Source of the DNA: Eledone cirrhosa | Taxonomy: Eukaryota | Assembly: GCA_964016885.1 (NCBI GenBank) | Contig: OZ024742.1 | Location: 352,842,001 to 352,906,000 of the forward strand | Reading direction: 5' to 3' | Length of the DNA stretch: 64,000 bases | Shown: positions 48,366-63,769 of the stretch, piece by piece | How the letters are laid out: each line of letters begins with the position of its first letter | How positions within the stretch are numbered: the first letter of the stretch is position 1 | Program-made: the position numbers and the translations under genes | The notes under the pieces: model-generated | Seen by the model: the letters and a program-made list of their open reading frames with translations, nothing else | Told to the model about the DNA's origin: nothing | The model's database searches: none

Positions 48366-51300
48366 TTTTGCGTGGTTTTTAATATGAAATCGTGTGTCAA
48401 AACAAATTTTGTTATACTTGGGGAGGGTCATATTTGTGTAACATTGCCAAAATTAATAACAGACACACTCACGGTTTGGTTGGTTTTCGCTTTTCGCTTC
48501 TGTCTTTTATATCGGTAATCTAATTTATTCGGTCCTCAATGTTGCCAATGACTGACCAACGGTCAACAATAATACAGATACAAGATAGACACAACCACAT
48601 ATATATAGTTTATCAGAGTTCTTACGTTGCACATCTGCAACATCGTCAGTGGTGCTATTGTTTCCCCCCGTTGCATTGTATTTTCTACACCATCTTTATT
48701 TAGTCTGTTTATATATTTATTTATTAGTTTATTTTATTTTGTCTTCTTTGCGCATGCGTTTGCGTGTGTTTATAGTGTTTTGTTTGATGTGTGTTCGTGA
48801 TCGGGTGACTGTGTATTGGTTAATGTATTCTATCTTTACTAGTGTGTATTTACATGTGTTTGTTGTTATTGTGCTTATGTATGTATTTATTTATTTATTT
48901 ATCCATTTATTTATTTATACTTCTCTTAGGTCAGTGTTGTTTGTTTGGGTGTTGTTGTTATTCCATTCATTCTTTCTCTTTAGTCTTGGCCTTCTAAGTT
49001 CTATTTCAATGGCCTCTCTGATTTGCCTATCTGCTGGGTCATTTCTATGTTGTCTATGTTACCGTCGTGTTGTTGTCTGGCATGTTCCTATAGTACTGAA
49101 CCGGTTTGCGTCCTTTTAGTTCCCCCCCAGTGTTGGTCTATCCTTTCACCTATGCTACGAGCTGTCTCGCCTATGTAAGTTGTTGTCATGTTTCTGCAAG
49201 TACCCTCTGTACATCTTATGCTATAGACTACGTTTCTAGTTTTACAGTTTAACCGGGAGTTTACCTTACATATGATACATTTCCTATTAGTACAGTGGGT
49301 TTTCTTAAAAGGGTAGATTTTGCTGATCAGGGATTTTATGGTGGTTCCTGTCTTTTCTACCACGTTAATCTTTAAGTGGGACTTTCTCAGGCCTTTCTAC
49401 ACTGGTTAGCTAATTTCCCTCCAGGGGTAGAGTCCACAAACATGACACTCTGATATCTCTGGTTGCCGTACCATGATGTGGCTTTCCCTATCTTATGTCT
49501 AGCCCTATCTAAGCTATTCCATGATTTTCTCCAGTATAATGGGCAAATTCCTTTCCTGTCCAGTTCTATGAGGATCTTATACTTCTCCATGGCTCCGTCG
49601 TGTACTCTGACTCTGTCTCGTTGGTTGTAGACAGAGAACTGCATGCGGTTGATGAAGTGTTGGATGTGTCTTTCCATTTCTGTTGGGTCGCACATGCAGG
49701 ACACGTTCTTCATCACTCGTACCAAATCTGCGATCAGAATATTAAACTTAGCACTACAGGTCATTGCCGAGTTTTTGAGTATCAGGTATTTGGAGGCCAT
49801 GGGTTTAGCATAGTGTGAGTGGAGAATCTGGGCTCTTTCGTGTTTATCCAGAGTTCCGTGTCTAATACGGGTAGTCTATTGTTAGGGTGTTTGGAAGGGT
49901 AGTCGATAGTTACAGTTATACTCTGGTGTATGGAATTAGCTACCTACTGGATGCTTTCCATTGTGCTACGTTCTAAATCAAACTTGTTAGTGCTCTCTAG
50001 TGGGGATGTTCTTATAACTATATTCATATCGTCTACGTAACGAGAGTACATTCTGATGTCTATGGAGCTCTCATTAAGGAGATCTTTAAGTCTCCATTCC
50101 TACCATACCATAAACAGTTTGGCAGCATCACCAGCTATGCTGACGCCAATGGCTGCTCCCTCATTTTGGGTGTAGATCTTCTCGTTGAACTTGAATATGT
50201 GGCCCTTTAGGGTAGTTTTGATACTAGCCCCTATTGCATGTGCGACCATTTTTCTTACGTGATCATTGTTTTTTTTTTAGGGGGGGGGTCCGTATAGCTT
50301 TGGTCCACACAATCTACCTTACCATGGGACTTTTTTTAGCTAATGAGGTTATGGTGGGGGGGGGGGGGGGTTCTACCTCTTATAGGTCTACTGGGGCAGA
50401 AACGTCTAATGTCATGGCTGTCTAGGTAGTCAGTGTCGTAGGCAAGTCTAAGTAGGGGGCCCATTTCGCCTGTGTCGACGTCGCAGAACTCCACCTTACT
50501 CTCAATGATCATCTCCACACATTTTTCCACCACAAAATCAATGTTAATGGATGGGTACAGTCACACCACATCCATGTTGCCTATCACGTAGTTGGATAGG
50601 TTCCTGTTTTTGTTGCACTCACTGATTCTGCTGAGGAGGTCATCTGTACTGTCACATACATCTGGGGACATCTTGATTATGGGGCGTATAACCATTGAGA
50701 TGAAGTAGGAGATCTTGTAATTGCTACCTATATTTGCTCCGCATACGGGTCTTGTTGATGGTCATTTTGTGGGGTCGTCGACTCTCTTGTGGTCTTTGCG
50801 GAGCCCATACAAGGGTGCTATGCCATTGTTATACGCCTGGAAGTTGTTGGCAATGCGTCTGCTTGGCTTGAGGATGTCGGTCCATATCATCATGTGAGCG
50901 TTGATAATGTTCTCTCTCCCATAATGTGTTTGCTGTGCAATTTCGCTCGTGTTGGTGATTTGGGGTTGCATAGCCTCGATGTAGTTCGGCATGCTATCTA
51001 TTGACATCCTACCAGACTTATCCGTGGGTAGACATACTACCTCACCAACTCTTGTGCGCTGCTTGAGGCTAACCAAGCCTTCTACAGGTTTCCTCCCAAG
51101 TTGTTGGGCCTCTGGTCTGCTCTGTCTCTTAGTATATCGGTCTACTATTTGTCTAATCTTACTTCTAGCTATGGTGAACTGTGCCTCTGTCTCGTCATCT
51201 ATTTGTTGTGGTATGCAAACTCTTTTATTAAAGGGTAACCTCGTAGGATAGATATATACCCATCTTATATGTTTTGTGAGCTGGGTTGAAGAATAGTTTC

Positions 51301-53583
51301 TCTAAGCGGTTATCATTATATCTATCGTCATAGTTGTGTGTGTTGCTATTATTGTTATTATGGTGGTTGTTGTTGTTCCTATCATTAGCATTATTATTAT
51401 TGTTATGATTGCTAGATGTATTGTTGCTGTGATTATTATATGCATTGTTGTTATGATTGCGAGGTGTATTGTTGCTGTGATTGTTGTTTACTTCACCGTT
51501 ATTGTTGTTGTTACTGTTATTTCTACCATTGTGGTTGTTACTTTTATTATGTTTCTTGTTTTTGTTGTGCCTATCATTAATGTTGCTACATGTATTACTT
51601 CCATTATTTCCACTGTGGTTGTTGTTGTTATTGTTCGTATTGTTACCGTAATACTACTGTGGTCGCTGCTGCTGTGTCTGGAATTAATGTTTCTATTATT
51701 ATTATTATTGTGGTTGTTGTTGTTGTTCTGTCTATCGTTAATAGTATTACCATTATTACTATTTCTCACTCTCCTGCTATTGTTATTGTTATGACTATTA
51801 CTATTATAGCTGTTATTTCTATACTCAAGTTATTGTTTATATTACTACTACCGTTATTATTGTTGTTGTTGTTGTCCGTATAGTTGTTGTTGTTGTTTAC
51901 TTTTGCATTTCAACGTATTTTTTTAAAACACTTTTCCAGCTCCGTTTTGCACTCAATAGCGTTAATCTTTTTGTAGATGGCAAATTTTGGTGGTAGCTGC
52001 AGGATTTGTTCTTGTTCACTGATTAAAGTTTTCCCATAAATATTTACTGTGTGGTCATTGGTAAATTCTTCCGGTAGTTTTACATCAGTCATACGGATAT
52101 TGTAGATGTTATCTGGGCATTTTTGAGAATATTCTATTTTCCTTTCTTGTAGTTTTTTTCTTATTCATCCATTCTAATTTCTTATTGAAATGCCTATTGC
52201 ATTCGTTTCGGGTGTATTTCGTTTCACGTCGGATGACACTCATGAAGTCATCCCTTTCGTTTGGTGTGGTGAGATTTTGGACTTCCTTACAGTTAATGCG
52301 TTTCTGTCTGTAAAGTTCGTTGACTTATGTGTGTCGTGTTCTTTTCATATTAACTGTTATTGTGTATTTTAGTCGTTCAGCTTGTGTTTTGTTCAATAAT
52401 AAATTATTTACTTGTTTTGATATGTTTCTTGTGTATATATTTAGGGAAACACAGTGTTTTAAGAAGCGGATTTGTTCTGTTGTTATTGTAGTTTTTATAT
52501 AAGAGAAAACAGTGTCTTTCAATAACCTTTCAGCTTGGCACAAGTTAATGCCATAACGGCGATGAATTAGTTTTGCGAGGTTTTTGATATGAAATCGTGT
52601 GTCGAAACAAATATTGTTATAATTGGGGAGGGTCATATATGTGTAATATTGCCAGAATTAATAACAGAACACCCTCACTGTTTGGTTGTTTTTCGCCTTT
52701 CGCTTCTGTGTCTTTTATATCGGTAATCTAATATATTCGGTCCTCACTGTTGCCTTTGACTGACAAACGGTCAAAAATAATACAGATACAATATAGACAC
52801 AAACAAATATATATAGTTTATCAAAGTTCTTTCGTTGCACATCTGCAACATCGTCAGTGGTGCTATTGTTTCCTCTCGTTGCATTGTATTTTCTACGCCA
52901 TCTTTATTTAGTCTGTTTATATATTTATTTATTAGTTTATTTTATTTTGTCTTCTTTACGCATGCGTTTGCGTGTGTGTATAGTGTTTTGTTTGATGAAG
53001 TATGTTCGTGATTGGGTGACTGTGTATTGGTTAATGTAATCTATATTTACTAGTGAGTGTTTATATGTGTTTGTTGTTATTGTGCTTGTGTATGTATTCG
53101 TTTATTTATTTATACATTTATTTATTTATACTTCTCTTTGGTCTGTGTTGTTTGTTTGGGTGTTGTTGTTATTCCATTCATTCTTTCTGTTTAGCCTTGT
53201 CCTTCTAATTTATATTTCACTGGCCTCTCTGATTTGCCTATCTGCTGGGTCATTTGTATGTTTAGATATTATTCTAATTTCTATGTTGTCTATGTTACTG
53301 TGGTGTTGTTGTCTGGCATGTTCGTATAGTACTGAACAATAGCACGACTGACGATGTTGCAGATGTGCAACGAAATAACTTTGATAAACTATATATATGT
53401 GTTTGTGTCTATATTGTATCTGTATTATTTTTGACCGTTGGTCAGTCAATGGCAACATTGAGGACCGAATAAATTAGATTACCGATATAAAAGACACAGA
53501 ACCGAAAAGCGAAAACCAACCAAACAGTGAGTGTGTTCTGTTATTAATTATGGCTATATTACACAAATATAACCCTCCCCAAG

Positions 53584-53587
<4 letters not shown>
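48361..53587 (-). mobile_element. PLE family 2, near full-length decayed copy with direct pLTRs and an extra inverted pLTR
   Basis: ATG 52636 (IRFLKHC), PTDKSG, RT region, NVVYSIRC..YIGET..RI..H GIY-YIG; direct repeats 48362-49100/52567-53337; inversion 53339-53587. Confidence 0.87.
52822..52860 (-). ncRNA. Hammerhead motif in the PLE-2 pLTR (copies also near 45321, 48042, 48615, 53348, 42042)
   Basis: CTGACGA-T-GTTGCA-GATG-TGCAAC-GAAAGAACTT. Confidence 0.72.
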
Positions 53588-53641
<54 letters not shown>

Positions 53642-54339
53642 TAGAAAGTGAGGTTTTTTTTACAAATTAAAAAATAACCGAGGTGTCCTACACGAGTGAA
53701 AGTATAAAGAAAAAAAGATGAAATCGAAAATGCAACTGGAGTCTTATTTTTAAAAAAAATATATATATTTATCTGGTTACTTCACCGGTTTCGCAGTTCT
53801 TCTGCTTTTCAAAAGTAGAGTTGAGATGGATGGTCTGCGGTTTTTCTCACACACATATATATCTATATATATATATATATATATATTTTTTCCTGTCAGT
53901 ATGACTTGGCAAGCTATTTAGAACACTGGTTTAACCGCTTTACTTCCCTCCGAAGAAGAGACATTATCCGAAAATTAAGGACATTTAAATAAATCTAAGT
54001 TAAAAGACTAATTGTCAACAATATATTTTGCATTTGAATTATTTATTCTATGTCCATACCTGCATTGTTTTGGGTTTATTATACATATACAAACGTGTAT
54101 ATCTCATTACACAATGCTTCAAGTGAACTATAACCTCCTCCTATAAGGAAAAAGATGAAATCGAAAATGCAACTGGAGTCTTTTTCTATAAAAATATATA
54201 TTTATTTGGTAAAGGAACCAAATAAGTATATATTTGTATTAAAAATGACTCCAGTTGCATTTTTGATCTCACCTTTTTTCCTTATACATTCAGTCGTGTC
54301 GGGCACATCTTGTTTTGATCATTTTGTAAAAATACTTAC

Positions 54340-55930
<1,591 letters not shown>

Positions 55931-56129
55931 GTATATATATATATATAATTTGTTCTCTTTGCCCGGGAGGTTAGTAGCACATTATAAGCTTTCACCCCCT
56001 CACCAGATAGCTTTAAGTAGACCGAATAGCCAGCATTTAAGGGCGACCGGCTAAAGTGGAAGATGCTAGATGGTCGGTCGTCCTCGGGTCTATGATTTTC
56101 AGCCCCATGGATTTTATCTGTTACATGCA

Positions 56130-56208
56130 TTTATTATATTTCGAATACCTGATGATATCACCGGATTCATACGGAACACGGTCATTGAAATGATCATAGT
56201 ATAATAAA
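56130..56208 (+). ncRNA. Minimal type I hammerhead-like motif
   Basis: CTGATGA 56149-56155, stem II ACCG/CGGT, GAAA 56187-56190, palindromic ATGATCAT, stem I ATAC/GTAT. Confidence 0.65.
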
Positions 56209-56534
56209 CCTTTCAAGGATTTACACAAGTCCAGCCTCCTGTTATGTTATTATAATTATTTAACTTCGTACTCGCACCACCAACTACACAAACGAAGACG
56301 GTTGAGCTGCTTTACGTTGAGTACTCTCCATATTATTACATCAAGATTGACCATACGGAATGACCAGCTCTATCCAGTGGTGAACATTCAAACCTAAATA
56401 TATATATATATATATATATATATAAACGGTCCGCCTGGATTATCCATTTATTTTGCGATTTGAAACCGCGCGGTAAGGGTGCATATAGTAAGTACAGCGA
56501 ATTTTTTAAAATTTATTTTAAAACTTTTTTCTTT

Positions 56535-58149
56535 TTCAAAGTGACATCATTGAACAATATGAGAAGGACAATCCTTTTTAAAACAGAGTATTATAAGGTC
56601 TATAAAGTATTTAATGTATTACCGGTTTCGATGTATTATTAAAATTCATCTCATCAAATGTTGAGTATTAAAATTGAAAAGAATTAATAAGAATTAAAAA
56701 CTAAAGATTAAAGATTTTAAATTAAAATATCACGTTGTGTGTGTATGTGTTTGTGTTGATTCTCCACTTCACAATTCACCAGTTGATATTACAGACAACT
56801 ATACAGCTCGCTACTTTGGTGGTTATTGTAGAACTCAAGGCTTTGTATAAGTCGGTATGCGGGTTCAATTATCACATAAGTGGAGAGTCGACTTTTTTCT
56901 GAGGTTTACACCTGTAATTGTGTTACACCTGTAATTATTTTACACCTGTAAATGTTTTACACCATTATATATGTATATATATAAAATTAAAGTATGTGTG
57001 TGTCTGTGTGTCTGTGTATTACCTATAGGGGCCTACATCTTACGACCGAATTCCATGAACTTTTACACGCTCATAGATTACTCATCGGGGAGTGTTTTCT
57101 ATATATCAGCGTATCGTCTTTTTATTTCGGGGTTTTCTGCAGATAAAAATTGATACGGGCGTCACCTTTTTTTAGGTATCGAAAAATAAGAATTTTCGCT
57201 CTATCTCCCACATTTTGCCACAGATTTCGTTTAAATTTTAAAGCAAAAACAATTTATCATTGCATATCTTGTACTGGCTTTATATTTTGCATTTGTTGTT
57301 CAGGGACTTTGTGGCAGCCGCTTAAATATTCAAAAATACACTTTTAGACTCAAATTTCCACTTTTCTGGCTCTAGCTCCCATATTGATCAACTTATTTTG
57401 TTCAAATTTTACACTAAAAACACTATGCTAGATCTAATTAGTTCACGTCTTCAGGTGGCTTTACATTTTGGAATTTCTGTTCAGAAACAGCGTGGCAGCC
57501 TCTTAAATATTCGAAAATAACACCTTTTCGCTCAAATTTCCGCCTTTTCGGCTCTAGCTCCCACATTTTTCAGTATCTTATTATTCAGTATCTTATTATC
57601 TTTAAATTTATTCTAACAGTTTACTTGATAAAGAACCAAGAAAAATGTACATTGTGGAAACATATGTGGAAACATTTATGAAAATATCTATTTAGAGTAG
57701 GGATATACCGCCGAGATGGGATATACCACTTTTGGTAGAAATATGTATTTAGATCTAGGATATACTAACGATTGTAGAAATAAATATTTAGTTCTGGAAA
57801 AATACCACCGATCTGGGATATACTACAGTTGATGTAAGTAACACCCATAACTTCCGACATTCACCAATCTTTGACTAGAAACTATTTTAAATATGTAGAA
57901 CACAGGTTGGCACACACATACACACACATACACACACATACACACACGTACACACATACACAGACATACAGACACATACACACGCCTATTGATACTCACA
58001 AACACAAATACAGACTGACAAGTATTCATTCTCTGGTCTGTTTCTCTTCTGTTCTCCCTCTTTAACTGTCCCCACCCTAGTGCCCTTCATATGTGTCATC
58101 ACGTGGTGTTACTGACCTTATTATTCTCTACTGATCAACTATTTCTCAC

Positions 58150-58150
<1 letters not shown>
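56535..58150. repeat. Composite non-coding dispersed repeat, copy 3 (interrupted 56968-57580)
   Basis: Collinear with copies 1 and 2 on either side of the insertion. Confidence 0.78.
56968..57580 (+). mobile_element. Inserted non-autonomous element, possibly a Helitron-like 5' portion
   Basis: Absent from the other two copies; begins TATATATATAAAATTAAAGTATGTGTG; internal sub-repeats; no 3' hairpin-CTAG seen. Confidence 0.4.
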
Positions 58151-58152
<2 letters not shown>

Positions 58153-58242
<90 letters not shown>

Positions 58243-58260
58243 CCGCTCTCTCTCTCTCTG
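58153..58260. repeat. (CT)n microsatellite
   Basis: Directly visible. Confidence 0.98.
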
Positions 58261-58609
58261 TTTTTAATATTATCTTCCTTTTACTTTTTTATTATGTTTT
58301 AACCATTGTTTGTATTTTTTGATTTTGTGTGCCATCAATTGATTCTGCATCTTATGAGATCTGCTTGTGCCCTAACATTTAGCTATGGTGCTTAACAACC
58401 CCAGCATGTTCTCTCTCCTTATTCGCCATCTCCGCTCTCCCTCTCTTAACTCTCTATTGTATTCCGATTGTTCGTGTGACTACGCTTGGTAGAGCTTATA
58501 CACAGCACTGTGTTTATTAAGCTCTGGTGAATTTTACCCAACAGTATGGATGAAACATTGTAAGAAAATACTAACTGTTTGAGTATGTAAGCGGTCTTTG
58601 GTTTCTTTA

Positions 58610-58779
<170 letters not shown>

Positions 58780-58891
58780 AGCAAAAGGGATATTTATTTT
58801 GTTGGTAATTCACAAATATAACTGATTCGAAGCACTCAACAAGTTTTCTGAAGTATAATATTCAATGATATTATATAAATAGAAACTATAT

Positions 58892-61587
58892 TTATAAAAC
58901 CATATTTATTATATTATATATGTTTCAAGGGTCCAAACTTTGGTACGCTCTCATCAGATAAAATACAAAAATTTGTTTTATAAATATTGACATAACCTGA
59001 AAGAAGATCTTAACGGTTCAAGTTATTCCTGGATAGTAGGAAAGAAGGGAAAGAGAAGAAAAGTCAAATATTTCAAATTATTACGGTGAGTATGCAAATG
59101 AGGATGAGGTATAGGGCTGAAAAAAAATGTTATTTTTAGACGCTAGGTAGATTTAAATAATTCTAACAGCACGTAAAACCCTAATATGATTACTAATCAT
59201 CTCTGGACAAGAGCGGACAGAAAAAACAATTTTGATATCACTATGGGATCATCTGACACGGCGCAAGTAACATACTTCGTTGGATTATTTATTTAATAAT
59301 GTACTGAATAGAAAAATGCCTGAGATGACCGGGGGTTTATATCGCGCTGATTATATGACTTTTAATTGAAAACAATAGTGAAATTAATAGGAAAAAGAAA
59401 TACATAATACAATATTTCAACAACTACAACCTTAATTTAGAAATCGAGAATAATTACAAAATCGTTAACTTCTTAGATGTAACCTTAAAGCTCAGCTCAA
59501 ATCTTTACTAACCATTCCATAAAATTAACGAAAATATAAATTACGTAAATTTCAATTCTAATCATGCTAGAAATATAAAAAAAACACGATTGTCGTCCAG
59601 CAACGGATTTCACGCATCTCTGCTAATAAAAACATTTTTGATGATAAGGCAGGATAGTGGAATCAAATTAAATACTTAGATATCAATAACATGATAAATT
59701 ATACTAGAATCCATTATAATAACAATAACAAATTCAACTTAAATAGTAAACCAAACAAATGACTAGAACTAGAAATATTATTTAGTACTCGCCCCCCTCC
59801 TTCTCATTAGGCGTTAAAACACCTTTAGCAAACTATTTTTAAAGCACTAGATAAGTGTTTTCGTAAAGTGCACAGATACCACTCTATGTTTAACAGACAC
59901 ACAATGAAACTATCCTACTCTACTACTATGAACATAGCACAAAATATAAATAGAATTAATAATAGAAACTTAAATTTCAACCTTAATCAAACAAACCAAG
60001 ATAGCAATGATAATATTTCTAACAGCAATATTCATAATAATAGTACCGTTCCTAATAACAACAACACCGGAAAATGTAACTGTAGAATTAAATGAAACTG
60101 CCCTTTTCAAAATAATTGCGTAGACAAACATATATTTAATAGGTCCGATAAAATATCTTCCACTTGACTTTCACAACTAATTTGGAATTTAAAGGACTAT
60201 TCAATATTTTGGGGAACGATTTCGGAAGCACCTGCACATCGAAATATGGGTTTCTCAAGAATCTGTCATTTGTGTGACGAGGACATTTTTTATATAATTA
60301 AATGTCAAAACTTTAAAAACAGAATTATTTTCTAGATGCAGACGTCGCCAAAATTCCACTTTCCGAAGTATTGTTAATCTATGATATCCATTATACTTGA
60401 CTATATCTTATTCACCTATAAAATGATCCTATTATTTAATGAGTTTTTCTTTAAAAATTTAAACATTTTTTAAAATGATCTTCCTTCATGAATTTAATAT
60501 TTTTACCATTTGATATTCTTTTCCTAATGATACTCTACTTAATCTATATTTAGATGTAGATTGATAATCTTTAATTGATATTCTGAAAGATATCCTCTTT
60601 ACGATAGTTCTTCGAAATGCATAATACTTTTTTCCTCCTTTTATCTTCAAACTGTTCAAACATCATTCGACGTAAACAATATGTAATTGAAATTCTCAGC
60701 CTTGAAAAAAAAAAAATGTTTTCACACAAAATGATATATCATGTTCTCTACATACTTTCTGAGTAAATCGTTCATGAAATTTAATGGTTAGCAAATAAGA
60801 TTGGAGTTATCATTTTCTTTACAATTAAGCAAACATAGACTTGTATGATAAACTATATAACTTCGCTAAATTAACAATATTCTGAAAACATTTACAATGT
60901 TGGAACAAAATATTTGAATCTACACATTTTCCCCCTCTTACATCTTGAACTACGTCTTTCTCTTAAATTGTTTAATGTAAAATGTAAAATTAACATCCCT
61001 CGTAACTCATACGAGAAATATAAACACTTAATACTTATACTTGCACACATTTTAATCCATATAGATATCTATATACATACAACCTGTTGTAATGTAATAA
61101 GACAGCATATACTTATAAACATAATTCTTCATATAATCTAATTGATTGTATATATAATATTATATCTCATGATATAGCTAAATATATTTTTTAATTCTGG
61201 AATCATATTCCACCATTCCTACATACAGTTAATTCACTTTAAATTAACGTAAATATAAGCTGTTCTTTCTTTCTCTTTCTTCTTCCTACATATACATACA
61301 TATATCCTAATAATTATTTAAATCTACCTAGCGTCTAAAAATAACATTTTTTGCAGCCCTATACCTCAACCTCATTTGGATACTCACCTTAATAATTTGA
61401 AATATTTGACTGTTCTTCTCTTTTATTTATTTCCCTGACTATCCAGGAAAAACTTGAGCCGTTAAGATTTTCTTCCTGGTTATGTCAATATTTATAAAAC
61501 AAACTTTGTATGTTATCTGATGAGAGCGTACCAAAGTGTTGGTACCCTTGAAATATATATATATAATAGAATAAATATAGTTTTATA
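58892..61587 (+). mobile_element. Naiad-like PLE, second decayed copy with inverted arms
   Basis: 59190-60370 homologous to the 38640-39900 ORF remnants (TMGSSD, GGLYR, FLDVTL, FNRHT.KLSYSTT, KCNCR); inverted arms 58892-59162/61312-61587. Confidence 0.8.
61505..61575 (+). ncRNA. Hammerhead motif in the Naiad-like pLTR (inverted copy 58923-58957)
   Basis: CTGATGA 61517-61523, long stem II GTACCAA/TTGGTAC, GAAA 61550-61553, ATATAT stem III. Confidence 0.7.
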
Positions 61588-61906
61588 ATGCAAGAGATAT
61601 ATAAAAAAAGAAGGAAATATAGTTAAGGTATGTGTATATGTATGTATATACACTCACAAATGTACATATGCGTGTATGTACAAATGCATGTGTATGGTGA
61701 AAATGTGTGCGTAAGTACATATATGAGAGCAAGTATAGTTGTGTATGTGTGACCGTTAAACTCTTGCGTTTCTTGAGGAGAATTTTCAAATATTTCACTA
61801 TGATTTAAATTGCCTTGGCCGATGAACGAATGTGGATGTTGTTCGTTTTCGTCTTATTCGTGAAACCTCTGGTAATGAGGTTATTATATTGTATTGTTTA
61901 TTATAC

Positions 61907-61957
<51 letters not shown>

Positions 61958-61962
61958 GTTAC

Positions 61963-62028
<66 letters not shown>

Positions 62029-62942
62029 TAGTAACACGACAGTTAGTTCGCTTCGCCATACCGAGAACAACTGATTCACCTTATGCGGATTCTTAACTCT
62101 CAAGTTTTAGGGATTCAAACTCACACACACACACAAAGACATACATCCTCAGGGAAGTGACGTAATACAGACAGCAAGACATACAGACAGATATTATAAG
62201 GGCATTTATATGTATGTATCTATCTAAAAAGAGAAAGACTAAGAATTATAGTGAGAGATCACTAAATCGCCTAATACGGCCCCTAGGGCATTGGAAATTT
62301 GAAATATTTTTTGCTCAGAACACTCCCTGAAACATAAGTATCACATGTGCAAATATTGAAAACAGTCGGTTGGGTGCTTCTAGAGTTTTTATATATATAG
62401 ACTAGCAGAAAACCACCCGGTGGGCGGTTTGCTGCTAGCAAATCTAGTGTATATACTTATATTGTTGAGATTTGGATTAGAAATGTTTTCGGCACCACAT
62501 GTTCACCGACTCTCGGTGTGTCTTTTATGCATGTATACATATATATGTTATCTATACGGTGAAATATTTGAAATAAATATATGTTAACATGAAAAAGGAG
62601 AAAAAGAGATTAGTGACGGAAATATAAACGTTGTGATACATAAACGTTATGATATAACGATGGAAATATGTCTTCAAATTGTCCTTGGCATGGTGTCAAG
62701 TCAGAACCGCCTCGAACTGGTTACTTCTGGCTTGTGCAAGGTGTCACTATAGCAACCAGCGATTCCCTTGGCCCCAGTGACCAAAGTCAGTGGAGAGGGA
62801 AAGGTAATGATTCTATAGCGACAGTGTTTCTCTTGGTAGTACCAAAGTGGAGAAAGGAAGGGGAAGGTAATATTTCTGTAGCACCTACATTTGAGTTTTA
62901 GGGAAGGACAGACAGACAAACAGAGAAATGCCCATATATTTC

Positions 62943-62983
<41 letters not shown>

Positions 62984-63011
62984 CACACACACAGAAATGT
63001 AAATATATTTC

Positions 63012-63052
<41 letters not shown>

Positions 63053-63294
63053 CACACACATAAATGTATGTGTATATATATATATTACACACACAGAAAT
63101 ACACATAAATGTATATATATTTCTGTGTGTGTATATATATACATATTACACACACATAAATGTATATATATTTCTTAGAACAAAATTATTACTAATGTTT
63201 TGCTGTTCATAACAATTTGAATTGAAAAATTACTTTTGAAATTATTAGTTATTTTACTAATGCTTAGATATGTAAAAATGAAGCAATGTTTCTA

Positions 63295-63487
63295 ATAATT
63301 GTTTCTACTTTTGGCACAAGGCCAGCAAATACCCAGTACATTACTGGTACTTTATTTTATCGACCCCGTGAGGATGAAAGGCAAAGTTAACCTCGGCAGT
63401 ATTTGAACTCGGACTGTAAAGGGACGTAACTCCATGCTACGAAGCATGGTGTCCGACTCTCTATAAATTCTGCCAATCCACCGCCCT
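63295..63487 (-). mobile_element. tRNA-derived SINE (octopus-type)
   Basis: Box A-like TGGCAGAAT, box B-like GAGTTCAAAT, central GCCTTTCATCC..GGGGTCGATAAA..AGTACCAG, 3' GGCCTTGTGCC hairpin and ATT tail; family identity from memory, not a search. Confidence 0.8.
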
Positions 63488-63769
63488 AATGTCTGTACAT
63501 ATGAGGAAGTGAGAGGGCAGAGAAAGAAAGGCAGAGGTGAAGTGACGAAGTCACTCTCTCCTCCTCCTCCTCCATCTCCCCATTCGTCACAGCGATAGAG
63601 GGGAGGAATGTTAGTGTGTTACAAAGAGAAAGAGTGAGAGTGAGAGAAACAGACAGACTAAAAGAGAGGGATAGCTGGAGAGAGAGAGAGATAGCAACCA
63701 GGCGCACACGTGTTTCCACTGTCGGACAGACAGACAGAGAAATTGCTGATTATATATTATAAGGAGATA

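Noticed and set aside
60085-60105. In-frame TGA after CNCR as selenocysteine
   Set aside because: The other copy has Ser at this position, and this copy has many other stops and frameshifts
62100-62900. Helitron/Helentron-like fragments
   Set aside because: Suggestive motifs (ACTAGCAG..ACCCGG, GACA repeats) but no definable ends or second copy in the window
63380-63487. tRNA gene
   Set aside because: Only box A/B-like motifs in a SINE head; no cloverleaf
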